Assembly: GCA_963706225.1 (NCBI GenBank)
Contig: CAVPMH010000025.1
Location: forward strand, 76,667-140,666
Direction: 5' to 3'
Origin: an uncultured Pseudomonadota bacterium
GTDB taxonomy: Bacteria > Pseudomonadota > Gammaproteobacteria > Burkholderiales > Casimicrobiaceae
Length of the DNA stretch: 64,000 bases
Of this stretch, positions 10,480 through 22,639 are shown one piece after another (position 1 is the stretch's first letter; each line of letters starts with the position of its first letter). A program made the position numbers and the translations under genes. Below the pieces are notes generated by a model. It was not told the DNA's origin and ran no database searches. It saw only the letters and a list, made by a program, of their open reading frames with translations.

Positions 10480-11402
10480 CTAGCCGCCGTCGAGCGGCGT
10501 CGGCGCCGCCGGCAGCGGCTCGACTCGCCGTCCCGCGAGCAGCGCCTGGGCCGCGATCAGGGCGAGACCGGTCCCGATCATCGCGATGCCGGCCCATTCG
10601 TTCGCGGCAAGGCGCTCGCCGAAAATCGCCATCGACGACAACAGCGCAATGACGGGAACGGCGAACATGTTGAGCGACGCGGTGCCCGCGGGCAGCCAGC
10701 GCAGGATTTCCATCCACAGCAGGAAGCCGCCGGCGGTCGACACGACGCCGACGATGATCAGAAGGAACGCCTGCGCGATGCTCCATTGCGTCGCCGGCAC
10801 GCCGAACAACCACGGCAGCAGCGAGAGCGGCAGGACGCCCAGCAGCATTTGCCAGCAGACGAAACTCAGGAGATCGAAGCCGCGCACGCGTTGAAAGTAC
10901 TTCATCGCGACCGTGCCCGCGGCCCAGCCGAATCCCGACAGCACCGCCCACAACTTCGGGCGCGAGGTCGCCCTCCCACGCCCACGGCTCGACGACGAGC
11001 AGCAGGCCGGCCAGCGCGAACGCGATCGCCGGGGCCTGCAAGCCGCGCACCCGCTCGTGCAGGATCGGCCACGCGATCAGCAACGTCCAGAACGGCATCG
11101 TGAAGACGAGCACCGACGTGCGCCCGGCGCCGCCGCCTGCGATCGCCATCGTCGTTGCGCCGAAATTGATCGTCGTCTGGAAGAGCGCCGTGACGATCAC
11201 CGCGCGCCAGCTATGCGGCCATATCCGCCCGCCGCGCGCGATCAGCACCGCGAACAGCACGAGCGTCGCGAGCCAGGTGCGCTGCATGTTGAATGCGAGC
11301 GGATGCGCGTGCAGAAAGCGCGGCCTTGATCACGACCCAGTTCAAGCCCCACACGAGCGTCAGCAGCGCGAGCGCGGCGTAGGCGCCCTTGCGCGACTGC
11401 AC
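10480..11402 (-). CDS. DMT/EamA-family transporter (frameshifts near 11320 and 10960)
   Basis: LTLVWGLNWVVIK, AGRTSVLVFTMPFW, LHER, IFGERL spread over three frames. Confidence 0.85.
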
Positions 11403-11418
11403 GCTGAAAGCGCGAGCC

Positions 11419-12318
11419 TCAAGCGGCGCCGAGGAACGATTCGACGAGTGCCGCCACCTGCGCGGGCTGATCGTGGTGCAGCATGTGGCCGGCATCCGGT
11501 ATCGTCGCAAGCCGCGCACCGGGGACGTGCGCGATGCGCCGGCGCACTTCGTCGAGGCCGTCGGCGCCGGCCTCGCCTTCGGGATGATCGGCAAGCCAGC
11601 GCGGAATTTCGGAATCTTCCGCGGCGATCCACAGCACCGGCGCGGTGACGTTGCGCCAGATCGCGAAGGTTTCGTCCATCCGGTAGACGTGCGGAAACGG
11701 CAGCTTGTGGCGCGGGTCCGACACGAGCTCCGCGCGGCCGTCGGGAAACACCGCCGCCCAGCGCTCGGCGAGAAACTCGCGCCTTGTCGCGCGGCAGGCG
11801 CGGATTCTTCTTCTGCAGCCGATCGGCGACGGCGGCGAGATTCGCATACGGACGAAACGGCGGCGGATTCGCCAGTGCATCGAGCCACGCGGCGATTTTG
11901 CGCGGCGCCTTGTCCGGGGCCTCGGCGGGAATGCCGAAGCCTTCGAGCGACACGACGCGATGCACGCGCCGCGGCCGCACGCCGGCGTAATCCATCGCGA
12001 TGTTGCCGCCAAGGCTGTGGCCGACGAGGCGCACGGGGTTATCGGGCACGAAGCGCTCGAGCAGCGCCTCGAGATCGGCGATGTAATCGTAGAACCAGTA
12101 GCCCTGCGCCTGCCAGCCCGAGCGGCCGAAGCCGCGCAGATCGGGCGCGATCGCATACCAATCGCCCGCGAGCGCATCGACCAGGAATTGAAACGACGCG
12201 CCGACGTCCATCCAGCCGTGCAGCAGGACAATCGGCGTCGCCTGCGGCTCGCCCCACGTTTGCACGTGGTGGCGTTCGCCGCGCACGTCGACGAAATGCG
12301 ACGTCGCCGGCTTGATCG
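11419..12318 (-). CDS. Alpha/beta hydrolase (start uncertain; frameshift near 11780)
   Basis: LHGWMD, APDLRGFGRS, GHSLGG nucleophile elbow, AGHMLHHDQP. Confidence 0.88.
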   Translation of the reverse strand, partial: RSSRRRRISSTCAANATTCKRGASRRRRRLSCCTAGWTSARRFNSWSMRSRAIGMRSRPICAASAARAGRRRATGSTITSPISRRCSSASCPITPCASSATALAATSRWITPACGRGACIASCRSKASAFPPRPRTRRRAKSPRGSMHWRIRRRFVRMRISPPSPIGCRRRIRACRATRREFLAERWAAVFPDGRAELVSDPRHKLPFPHVYRMDETFAIWRNVTAPVLWIAAEDSEIPRWLADHPEGEAGADGLDEVRRRIAHVPGARLATIPDAGHMLHHDQPAQVAALVESFLGAA

Positions 12319-12642
12319 CTATTTCCTGCGGCAAAGCGCTACGCCATCCTGCCAGCCGGTACGGTAGTTCGGATCGCCGGCAAAGCGCGCGGCATCCTTG
12401 CGCTCGGCACTCGAAGCGCTCGCGCAACCGTCGGCATAGCCCTGGCGATACGGCAGCGGAAACCCGGACAGGTTGATCGACGGCGGCGGCGGCTCCGCGT
12501 TGCGCGGCAACGGCGGTGCGGAAGGCGGCAGCGCGGGTGCGACCGGCGCGGTGGCGCAGCCGCTCGTGACGAGCGCGACGGCGATTGCGCAAGCCAGAAG
12601 GCGCGCATCGAATCGTTGCGCAATCGATGCAATCCTGCGCAT
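12319..12642 (-). CDS. Small proline-rich lipoprotein
   Basis: Lipobox VTSGC; YRQGYADGC...YRTGWQDG motif. Confidence 0.65.
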   Translation of the reverse strand: MRRIASIAQRFDARLLACAIAVALVTSGCATAPVAPALPPSAPPLPRNAEPPPPSINLSGFPLPYRQGYADGCASASSAERKDAARFAGDPNYRTGWQDGVALCRRK

Positions 12643-12714
12643 TGCGCTCACGAATGGCCGCGCGGATCGGTCGTGTTGGCGGAGTAGAATTCTAGCATTC
12701 CCGCAATGCGCCTC

Positions 12715-15700
12715 ATGTCATCTCCCGGCTTCGTCCACCTGCGGCTGCACAGCGAGTATTCGATCGCGGACGGAACGGTTCGCATCGACGACGCCGTCGA
12801 CGCGGCGGCAGCCGACCGCATGCCTGCGCTCGCGCTCACCGATCTTGCGAACCAGTTCGGATTGATCAAGTTCTATCGCGCGGCGCGCGCACGCGGCATC
12901 AAGCCGATCGCCGGCTGCGATGTCTGGATAGCCAATGAGCACGAGCCCGAGCAACCGTCGCGCGCCGTACTGCTGGCCGCGACGCGCGAAGGCTATCTGC
13001 GGCTTTGCGACTGGCTGTCGCGCGCGTATCTCTCGCATCAGCATCGCGGCCGCGCCGAGCTCGACCGTGCGTGGTTTCGCGACGGCACGCAGGGCCTCAT
13101 CGTCTTGTCGGGTGCGCGCGACGGCGATGTCGGACAGGCGCTCCTGCAAGGCAACACGGCGACGGCGAAACGGCTCGCGGGCGAATGGGCCGCCGCGTTT
13201 CCGCAACGTTACGTGCTCGAGGTGCAGCGCGCCGGCCAGCCCGACGAGGAAGCGCTGGTGCAGGCGACCGTGGCGCTCGGTGACAGCATCGGCGTGCCGA
13301 TCGTCGCGACGCATCCGATCCAGTTCCTGACGGCCGACGATTTCCGCGCGCACGAGGCGCGCGTGTGCATCGCCGAAGGCCACACGCTCTCCGACAACCG
13401 TCGCCCTCGCCGCTTCACCGCGCAGCAGTACTTCGTGACGCAGGCCGCGATGGCGGAGAAGTTCGCCGATCTGCCGGAGGCGCTCGCGAACAGCGTCGCG
13501 ATCGCGCAACGCTGCAACCTGTCCATTCCGCTCGGCACCAACCATCTGCCGCAATTTCCCACACCCGCCGGCATCTCGCTCGACGACCATCTGCGCGCCG
13601 AAGCGGCGGCCGGTCTCGAGCGGCGTCTTGCGCAACTCTATGCCGACGCCGGGGAGCGCGAGCGTCGCCGTCCGGAATACGCGGCGCGTCTCGACGTCGA
13701 GACGAACACGATCGTGCAGATGGGCTTCCCGGGCTACTTCCTGATCGTCGCCGATTTCATCAACTGGGCGAAGAACAACGGCGTGCCGGTCGGCCCCGGC
13801 CGCGGATCGGGCGCCGGTTCGCTCGTCGCGTATTCGCTCGGCATCACCGATCTCGATCCGTTGCGCTACGCGCTGCTCTTCGAGCGGTTTCTCAATCCCG
13901 ACCGCGTGTCGATGCCCGACTTCGACATCGACTTCTGCCAGGACGGGCGCGACCGCGTCATCGATTACGTCAAGGACAAGTACGGCGCCGAATCGGTGTC
14001 GCAGATCGCGACGTTCGGAACGCTCGCGGCGAAGGCCGCCGTGCGCGACGTCGGACGCGTGCTCGATCTGCCCTACTCGTTCGTCGACGGCATCGCCAAG
14101 CTGATTCCGTTCCAGCCCGGCAAGACGGTGACGCTGCGACGACGCAGCGGCGATGCGGAAGCGAACGTCATCTACGCGCGCGAAGCGGAGCCGCTGCTCG
14201 ACCAGCGCGAGGCGGACGAGGAAGAGGTGCGCGAGCTGCTGTCGCTCGCCTGCGAGCTCGAAGGGCTGCCGCGCAATGTCGGCATGCACGCGGGCGGCGT
14301 GCTGATCGCGCCGGGCAAGCTCACCGATTTCTGTCCGCTGTACGTCCAGCCCGGCGCGCAGGCGCCGGTGTCGCAGTTCGACAAGGACGACGTGGAAGCG
14401 ATCGGCCTCGTCAAGTTCGATTTTCTCGGGCTCACGACGCTGACGATCCTCGACTGGACGCTGCGCTACATCCGCAAGCTCGATCCGGAGTCGTCGATCG
14501 CGCTCGAAACGCTGCCGCTCGACGATGCGCGCACGTTCGACATCTTCCGCAAGGCCAACACCGCGGCCGTGTTCCAGTTCGAATCGCGCGGCATGCGCGA
14601 TCTCGTCAAGCAGGCGCAGCCGACGCGCTTCGAGGACATCATCGCGCTGGTCGCGCTGTACCGGCCGGGACCGATGGAGCTCATTCCCGCTTACAACGCG
14701 CGCAAGAGCGGCCGCGAGCGCGTCGAATATCTCGATCCGAGGCTGGCGCCCATCCTCGAGGAGACGTGCGGCGTGATGGTGTATCAGGAACAGGTGATGC
14801 AGATCGCGCAGGTGATCGGCGGCTACACGCTCGGCGCCGCCGACCTGCTGCGCCGCGCGATGGGCAAGAAGAAGAAGGAGGAGATGGCGCAGCAGCGCGA
14901 CATCTTCGTCGCGGGCGCCGAGAAGAACGGGCTCGCGCGCCACAAGGCCGTGCAGCTCTTCGACCTGATGGAGAAGTTCGCCGGCTACGGCTTCAACAAG
15001 TCGCATTCGGCGGCGTACGCGCTCATCGCCTATCAGACCGCGTACTTCAAGACGCATCACGCGGCGGCGTTCATGGCGGCGAACCTGTCGCTCGTGATGG
15101 ACGACACCGACAAGGTCAAATCGCTGTACGACGACGCGATCGCGCAGGGACTCGCGATCCTGCCGCCCGATGTCAACGCGTCGACGTATCGCTTCGAGCC
15201 GGTCGATTCGAAGCGCATCCGTTACGGCCTGGGCGGCATCAAGGGCACCGGCCAGGCGGCAATCGAGGCGATCGTCGCCGCGCGCGAAGAGAGACGGGCC
15301 GTTCGCCGATCTCTTCGACTTCTGCCGCCGCGTCGACAAGCGCGTCGTCAACCGCCGCGTCGTCGAGGCGCTGGTGCGGGCGGGCGCCTTCGATGCGATC
15401 GACCGGCGTCGCGCCGCGCTTTTCGCATCGGTCGGTCTGGCACTCGATGCCGGCGAGCGCGCCGCCGCGACGGCGTCGCAGGTCTCGCTGTTCGGCGAAG
15501 AAGCCGCGCCGCCGATGCCGGTGAACGGCGCCGCACGCGACTGGACCGAGGCCGAGCGGCTCGTGCACGAAAAGGCGTCGCTCGGCTTCTACCTCTCCGG
15601 GCATCCGTTCGCAGCGTATGCCGCCGAGCTCGCGCCGATCGTGCGCACGTCGCTTGCCAGCCTGCAGCCGAAGGCCGATCGCGTGCTCGTCGCGGGGATC

Positions 15701-16181
15701 GTGACGTCGCTGCGCATCCAGGCGAGCCGGCGCGGCAAGATGGCGTTCGTCACGCTCGATGACGGCAAGGGCCGCGCCGAAGTGATGATCTACAACGAAA
15801 CGTTCGACGCGGTGCGCACGCTGGTGCGCGAGGACCAGCTCGTGATCATGGATATCCGCGTGATGCAGCGGATGACCGACGACGGCGAAGCGCAGGGCTT
15901 GCGCATCATCGCCGAGAGCGTGTTCGACCTCGCGGCCGTGCGCCGGCGCTGGGCGAAGGGGTTGCGTCTCGCCTTCAACGGCAATGCATCGGCCGACCGG
16001 CTCGCGGAAATCCTGCAGCCGTTTCGTCCGGGCAGCCTGCCGATCACGGTCGCCTACGTCAACGACCGCATCGGCGGCGAAGTCGATTTGTCGCGACGCG
16101 TGGCGCGTGACACCCGACGATGCGCTGATCGATCGCCTGCGCGAGTGGCTCGCGCCGGAGAACGTGCAAGTCGTCTACTGA
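12715..16181 (+). CDS. dnaE: DNA polymerase III alpha subunit (frameshifts near 15290 and 16090)
   Basis: FVHLRLHSEYSI, GPGRGSGAGS, SMPDFDIDF, YGFNKSHS, OB-fold C-terminus ending WLAPENVQVVY. Confidence 0.97.
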
Positions 16182-16204
16182 TTCGCGGATCGCGCGAAGG
16201 CCTC

Positions 16205-17419
16205 ATGCTGAACGCCGCGGTTGCGCAATACGCGGCCTTCTTCCGTCTTCCCGACGTCACGCGGCTGCTCGCGATGGCGTTGCTCGCGCGGATGCCGATC
16301 GGTACGGTCACGCTCGGCATGCTGCTGCATGTACGCTCGCTCACCGGGTCGTTCGCCGTGGCCGGCGCCACCGTTGGTTCGTACCTCGGCGCATCGGCCG
16401 TCGCCGCGCCATTCGTCGGTCGCTGGATCGATCGGCACGGACCCCGTGCGGCATTGGTCGTTACCGGCATCGGGTGCCCGTCGGCGCTGCTGGTGCTGTG
16501 GCTCGCGAAGCCGCTCGGGCTTTCCGCGACGATGCTCTGGGTGATCGCCGGCGTCGCGGGCGTGCTTTCGCCGCCCATTACGGTGCTGACGCGCACGATG
16601 TGGCGTTATCGCTTCGACGACGAGGCTGCGCGCCGCACGGCCTTCGCGCTCGACGCCGTGCTCGTCGAATTCGCGTTCACCGTGGGCCCGGCGCTGATCG
16701 CGTTGCTGCTCGCCGTCGGATCCCCGGCGCTCGCGTTCGGCGCGCCGTTCGTGTTCACGGCGCTCGCCGTGCCGACGTTCATCGCATCACCGGCGCTGCG
16801 CTACTGGCGTCATGATCCGCACGCGAAGCGCCATTTGCTCGGCCCGCTCACCGAGCCGCGATTGATCGCGGTATTTGCGACGACGTTCCTGCTGGCGTGC
16901 AGCCTCGGCCTGCTCGAGGTGGGCTATCCGGGATTCGCCGCGCACGCGCAAAGCCCGCCGCTCGCGGGACTTCTGATCGCGACGAACTCGATCGGCAGCG
17001 CCCTTGGCGGACTCGTCTACGGCGGATTGCATGTTGCGCTCGCGCACGAGCGGCAACTGCGCCGCGTGCTCGGCCTGCTGGTGCTGCCGCTCGTCGCGCA
17101 GGCGGTGATTGCGTCGGCCGGCTGGCTCGCGCTCGTCGCGTTCATCGCGGGACTTTGCATCGCGCCGTCGCTGACGGTCGTCACGCTGCTGATCACGTCG
17201 TACGCACCGGCTCGCTATGCGACCGAGGCCTTCACGTGGTCCGCCACGTTCATCGTCAGCGGTGTCGGCGCGGGCAATGCGCTCGGCGGAGTGCTGCTCG
17301 AACGGCTCGATTCGGCGGCCGTGTTCGCAAGCTCGGCAACCGGCGCACTGCTGGCTGCCGGATGCGCGTTGACGCTGCGTTCACCGGACGCAGCCCGATC
17401 AGCGCGAGGTCGCGGATGA
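16205..17419 (+). CDS. MFS transporter
   Basis: GRWIDRHG motif A and about 12 hydrophobic segments. Confidence 0.85.
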   Translation: MLNAAVAQYAAFFRLPDVTRLLAMALLARMPIGTVTLGMLLHVRSLTGSFAVAGATVGSYLGASAVAAPFVGRWIDRHGPRAALVVTGIGCPSALLVLWLAKPLGLSATMLWVIAGVAGVLSPPITVLTRTMWRYRFDDEAARRTAFALDAVLVEFAFTVGPALIALLLAVGSPALAFGAPFVFTALAVPTFIASPALRYWRHDPHAKRHLLGPLTEPRLIAVFATTFLLACSLGLLEVGYPGFAAHAQSPPLAGLLIATNSIGSALGGLVYGGLHVALAHERQLRRVLGLLVLPLVAQAVIASAGWLALVAFIAGLCIAPSLTVVTLLITSYAPARYATEAFTWSATFIVSGVGAGNALGGVLLERLDSAAVFASSATGALLAAGCALTLRSPDAARSARGRG

Positions 17420-17500
17420 AGCGCGACATGCGGCCAATACCGCACTTCGGATGCCGACGCGCACGGCGACCGGCCGTCGTCATCGACGCCCGGCACACCG

Positions 17501-19032
17501 GTGCGGCGCCCGGTCGTTCTCGGCTGCGTGATGCTCGCGCTGTTCATGGCCGCGGTGGAAGTGACGATCGTCGCGACGGCGTTGCCGCAGATCGTCGGCA
17601 AGCTCGGCGGCTTCGCGTACTACACGTGGGTTTTCTCCGGCTTCCTGCTGACGCAGTCGGTGACGATTCTCGTCTTCGGCAAGCTCGCCGATCTCTACGG
17701 TCGCCGTCCGGTGCTCATCGGCGGCATCGTCGTCTTCCTCATCGGGTCGACGCTGTGCGGCTTCGCGTGGTCGATGCCGGCGTTGATCGCGTTCCGCCTG
17801 CTGCAGGGGCTCGGCGCAGGCTCGATCCAGCCGGTTGCAACGACGATCGTCGGCGACCTTTACACGCCGCAGGAGCGGCCTCGCGTGCAGGGCTGGCTGT
17901 CGAGCGTGTGGGGCTTCGCCGCGATCGTCGGACCGCTTGCCGGCGGCCTCATCGTCGAGGCGTTGTCGTGGCACTGGATATTCTGGATCAACGTGCCCGT
18001 CGGGTTGCTCACGATCGTCGGGCTGACGCTGTTCCTGCGCGAGGAGGTCGCGCATCGTCCGCACGCGATCGACTACGCCGGCGTCGGTCTGTTCTGCGTG
18101 GCGATCGCGGCACTCCTCGTCGCGGTCATGCAAGGCGGCGTGGGCTGGCCGTGGCGCTCGCTGCAGACGCTGCTGCTCGTCGCGCTGTTCGCCGTCGCGT
18201 TCGCGCTTTACATGCTGCGCGAGCGCCGCGCCGCGGAGCCGATGATCGATCTCGCGCTGTGGCGGGCGCCGCTGATCGCGAGCGTCAATGCCAGCGCGCT
18301 GTTCGCCGGGAGCGGCGATCATCGGCGTGACGTCGTTCGTGCCGATCTACGTGCAGGGCGTGCTCGGACGCTCGGCGATCGTCGCCGGCTTCGCGCTCAC
18401 CGCGATGTCCGTCGGCTGGCCGCTCGCGTCGATGCTGTCGGGGCGCTTCCTGCGTGCGCTCGACGCGCGCGGCACGGTGCGTATCGGCGGCGGCCTGCTC
18501 TTCGCCGGCGCGCTCGATCTCGCGCTGATGCCGCCGGGCTCGGGCCCGGCATGGGTGGCGAATCGGCTCCTTCATCATCGGTTTCGGCATGGGTCTTCTC
18601 AACACGACGTTCATCATTCTCATCCAGGGCAGCGTGCCCTGGACGCAGCGCGGCAGCGCGACCGCGTCCAGCATCTTCTCGCGCATGCTCGGCAGCACGT
18701 TCGGCGCGGCTGCGCTCGGCGCCGTGCTCAACACCAGCCTGCACGATCGTTTCGCCGGATCGGCTGGCGCGAGCGCGATCGACGAGGTGCGGCAGATGTT
18801 CGACAACGCTGCCGGCGGCGCACTTTCGGGGACACCGCACGCGGCGCTGCTCGACGCGCTCGGCGCAGCGTTGCAGCACGTCTTCCTCGCGCTGGCCGTG
18901 TTCGGCGCACTGACGCTGATCGCGACCTGGTTCGTGCCGCGGCGCGCGATCTTCGCGCAGACGGGGAGCGCGCGTTCCGCGAGCGACGATGCAGCCGAAG
19001 CGTCGACGCACGCGAGCCGTCGCCGCCGCTGA
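17501..19032 (+). CDS. DHA2/MDR-type MFS efflux transporter (frameshifts near 18310 and 18555; start may be upstream)
   Basis: VEVTIVATALP, GKLADLYGRR, RLLQGLGAG, WHWIFWINVPVG. Confidence 0.87.
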
Positions 19033-19067
19033 TCGTAGAATCGGCATTTCGACAAGGAGCGTTCGCC

Positions 19068-20069
19068 ATGGCACTTCCCCCGTCGATGCGTCACATCGCG
19101 ATCACGCAACCCGGCCCGCCCGACGTCATGCACGTCTCGCAAGCGCCGGTGCCGCAACCGGATGCGGACGACGTGCTGATCGAAGTCGCGTATGCCGGCG
19201 TCAATCGGCCCGATTGCGCGCAGCGTGCCGGCACCTATCCGCCGCCGCCGGGTGCCTCGCCGGTTCTCGGGCTCGAAGTCGCCGGGCGCATCGTCGCGCG
19301 CGGCGCGAACGTCACGCAGTGGAACGTCGGCGACGAAGTTTGTGCGCTGACGCCGGGCGGCGGCTACGCGCAGTATTGCGTGACGCCGGCCGCGTGGTGC
19401 CTGCCAATACCGCACGGCTTTTCACTCGAGCAGGCGGCCGGACTGCCGGAGACGTACTTCACGGTCTGGAACAACGTGTTCGATCGCGCGGGACTCAAAT
19501 CCGGCGAGTGGTTTCTGGTGCACGGCGGCACGAGCGGCATCGGACTCACCGCGATTCAACTCGCCAAGGCGTTCGGCGCGACGGTGATCACGACGGCAGG
19601 AAGCTCCGAAAAAACGGCGTTCTGCCTCGAGATGGGCGCCGATTATGCGATCGATTACAAGACGCAGGATTTTGCCGCGGAGGTGAAGCGGATCACGGAC
19701 AAGCGCGGCGTCGACGTGATCCTCGACATGGTCGGCGGCGACTATGTCGAGCGCAATCTCAAGTGCCTGGCGCTCGAAGGCCGCCTCGCGCAGATCGCGT
19801 TTCTCGCCGGCAGCCGCGTCGAATGCGACTGGCGCTTCATCCTGCTGAAGCGCCTGACCGTGACGGGATCGACGTTGCGCGCCAGCCCGTCCGAGCGCAA
19901 GGCGGCGCTTGCGCGCGAACTGCGCGAAAAGGTCTGGCCGCTGCTCGAGCAAGGCAAGGTGAAGTCCGTCATTCACGCGACGTTCGACCTTGCCGACGCC
20001 GCGAAGGCGCACGCGCTGATGGAATCCTCGAAGCACATCGGCAAGATCATGCTGCGCGTCGGGCATTGA
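19068..20069 (+). CDS. NAD(P)H-quinone oxidoreductase (PIG3/zeta-crystallin family)
   Basis: AGVNRPD, GLEVAG, HGGTSGIG, HIGKI; SD AAGGAG. Confidence 0.92.
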   Translation: MALPPSMRHIAITQPGPPDVMHVSQAPVPQPDADDVLIEVAYAGVNRPDCAQRAGTYPPPPGASPVLGLEVAGRIVARGANVTQWNVGDEVCALTPGGGYAQYCVTPAAWCLPIPHGFSLEQAAGLPETYFTVWNNVFDRAGLKSGEWFLVHGGTSGIGLTAIQLAKAFGATVITTAGSSEKTAFCLEMGADYAIDYKTQDFAAEVKRITDKRGVDVILDMVGGDYVERNLKCLALEGRLAQIAFLAGSRVECDWRFILLKRLTVTGSTLRASPSERKAALARELREKVWPLLEQGKVKSVIHATFDLADAAKAHALMESSKHIGKIMLRVGH

Positions 20070-20093
20070 GCGCTCGAGCGCATGCACGCCCTT

Positions 20094-20128
20094 CTGATAC
20101 CTGTTACCTGACCTCTGATCCCTGATCA
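20094..20128. repeat. Five imperfect tandem heptamers
   Basis: CTGATAC CTGTTAC CTGACCT CTGATCC CTGATCA between convergent genes. Confidence 0.7.
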
Positions 20129-20872
20129 GTATGTTGCGCGCCCGCCGGATGCATCGAACACCGCGCCGGTGGTGAACGAGCACTCCTCGGAGGCGAGCCA
20201 GCACACGAGCGCCGCGATTTCGTCGACCGAGCCGAAGCGGCCCATCGGGATTTTCGACAGCATGAAATCGATGTGCGGCTGCGTCATCTGATCGAAGATC
20301 GCCGTGCGTACGGCGGCCGGTGTCACGCAGTTGACGCGGATGTCGGTTTTCGCGAGCTCCTTGCCGAGCGACTTCGTGAGGCCGATCACCGCGGCCTTCG
20401 ACGCGCTGTACGCGGGCGCGTTCGGATTGCCTTCCTTGCCGGCGACCGATGCGAGGTTGACGATGCGCCCGTAGCCGGAGTTGCGCATGATCGGCACGAC
20501 GGCGCGATTGCAGTAGAAGAGCCCGTGCACGTTGACGTCGAACACCTGTCGCCACGCCTCGACCGGATATTCCCATGTCGTCGTGTTCGGTCCGGTGATG
20601 CCCGCCGAGCATACGAGCACGTCGATACCGCCCAGCCGCTCGGCGGTCGCCTGCGCGGCGCGCTCGACCGCGTGATGATCGGTCACGTCGAGCGCATGCG
20701 TCGTCACGGCGACATCGAGCTTCTCGCTCGCATTCGCCAGCGCGCGCTCGTCGCGATCCCATAACGCGACGTTGGCGCCGCTCTTCGCGAGTCGGTCAGC
20801 GACCGCGAGTCCGATGCCCGCCGCGCCGCCGGTCACGACCGCACGCCGGTTGCGGAAATCCAGTTGATTCAT
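20126..20872 (-). CDS. SDR-family oxidoreductase
   Basis: TGGAAGIG, YSASK, VNCVTP. Confidence 0.92.
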   Translation of the reverse strand: MNQLDFRNRRAVVTGGAAGIGLAVADRLAKSGANVALWDRDERALANASEKLDVAVTTHALDVTDHHAVERAAQATAERLGGIDVLVCSAGITGPNTTTWEYPVEAWRQVFDVNVHGLFYCNRAVVPIMRNSGYGRIVNLASVAGKEGNPNAPAYSASKAAVIGLTKSLGKELAKTDIRVNCVTPAAVRTAIFDQMTQPHIDFMLSKIPMGRFGSVDEIAALVCWLASEECSFTTGAVFDASGGRATY

Positions 20873-21087
20873 TGCCTCTCCATTGAATGACGGCGCCATC
20901 TGTCAGGCACATCGGTTGCTTGAAGATCGTCGCAAGCAGGCGGCCGCAGCGGCTTCATGAAGCGTCGTACGACGACGAGTCACCGCCGCCATCGACTCGA
21001 ACGTAATTCTTACTGTCTCGGCGGGAAAAGAGTTGCACCGATGTCAGTCGGTACGCTCGTTCCGCGCCGGACTGCACGGAGGCCGTC

Positions 21088-21246
21088 ATGTCGATTTCGC
21101 TGATTGTCCTGATCGTCGTCATTCTGCTCCTGATCGGAGCGCTGCCGTCGTGGGGCTATAGCTCCGGGTGGGGCTACTGGCCGAGCGGCGGACTGGGAAT
21201 CGTGATCCTGATCCTGATCATCCTGATGCTGATGGGCCGGATCTAG
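21088..21246 (+). CDS. DUF3309-type small membrane protein (52 aa, below the ORF-track cutoff)
   Basis: MSISLIVLIVVILLLIGALPSWGYSSGWGYWPSGGLGIVILILIILMLMGRI with GGAGG SD. Confidence 0.85.
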   Translation: MSISLIVLIVVILLLIGALPSWGYSSGWGYWPSGGLGIVILILIILMLMGRI

Positions 21247-21371
21247 CGCACGGCGGTTGCCAGCGTCGGCGCGCAGTGCCACGCCGCGCGATGACGGCGC
21301 GACGCGATGCGGCGTGCCGTCGCACGCGCGAGCACGGTTGCAGTAACCGGTCCATTGCGGCAAAGTCGGCC

Positions 21372-22639
21372 ATGGATGACGTCGTCATCGTGGGCGCCGG
21401 CATTTGCGGTCTTGCACTGGCCCTCGCGCTGCATCGGCGCAACATCGGGTGCCGCGTTTACGAGCGCGCACCCGAGATCACCGAGCTCGGCGTCGGCATT
21501 ACGCTGTTGCCGCATGCGATGCGCGAGTTGACGGCGCTCGGCCTCGGCGACGAATTGCTTCACGCGGGAATCGAAAATCGCCAAAGCGAATTCTTCAACC
21601 GCTTCGGCCAGTCGATCTACAGGGAGCCGCGGGGAAAATTCGCAGGCTATGCCTGGCCGGAAGTGGGCATCCATCGCGGCCGATTGCAGAAGATTCTCCA
21701 TCGCGCCGCGCGTCGAGCGGCTCGGCGCGGATCGCATCAGGACCAACCATGCGTGCATGCGCGTCGAGCAGGACGACAAAAGCGCGACGGCCACTGTTCC
21801 GGGAAACGACGTCCGGCCGCAGCTTGCCGCCGGCCAGCGGATCGGTCATCGTCGCCTGCGATGGCGTCAACTCGACGATTCGCAAACAGTTCTATCCCGA
21901 CGACGCGGTAGCCTTTGCCGGCATCAATACGTGGCGCGGCGTTACCGTGCGCAAGCCGATTCTCGACGGACGCACGTATATCCGGATCGGCTCGATCCTG
22001 ACCGGGAAGATCGTCATCTACCCGATCGTCGACGATGTCGATGGCCGTGGCCATCAACTCGTCAACTGGGTGGCGGAGATCAAGCAGGATCGATTCGCCC
22101 GAAACGACTGGAACAAGCCCGGCAACCTCGACGATTTCCAGCAAATCTACGCCGACTGGAAATTCGCGTGGCTCGATGTCCCGGACCTGATCCGCGGCGC
22201 CGCTTCGATCCTCGAGTATCCGATGGTCGACAAGGATCCGGTTGCGCAATGGACGTTCGATCGCGTGACGCTCGCCGGGGACGCCGCGCATCCGATGTAC
22301 CCGCGCGGCTCGAACGGGTCGGCGCAGGCGCTGATCGACGCTCGGGTGCTTGCCGACAGCCTGCAGCGCGAGCCCGATCGCTGCGCGGCGTTGCGCGCCT
22401 ACGAGCGCCAGCGTCGGCCCGCCACTTCACAGGTGGTGCGAACCAATCGCGAGTTCCCGCCGGACTTCATCAACATCAAGGTCGAGCAATTGGTGGGTGA
22501 TCGTCCGTTCGACGATCTCGACCGATACATCACGCAGGACGAGTTGCGCGCGCTATCCGACGAGTACAAGCGCATTGCCGGATTTGCGTTGAGCAACGCC
22601 GGGCAACGCGTCGAGCAAGCCGAGCAGAGGCCGTCATGA
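21372..22639 (+). CDS. FAD-dependent monooxygenase (group A, PhzS/salicylate-hydroxylase-like); frameshifts near 21710 and 21795
   Basis: GAGICG, ACDGVNS, LAGDAAHPMYPRGSNG. Confidence 0.88.

Noticed and set aside
12718-15351. Long antisense ORFs (also 59455-61929, and the 54404-56250 part of ORF 54404-58672)
   Set aside because: Shadow ORFs expected from high-GC codon bias opposite well-supported genes; no recognisable motifs.
15280-16100. Split dnaE or programmed frameshifting; apparent DnaE C-terminus/MFS fusion (ORF 15170-17419)
   Set aside because: Two single-base indels explain both. Similar indels are scattered across many genes, consistent with sequencing error.
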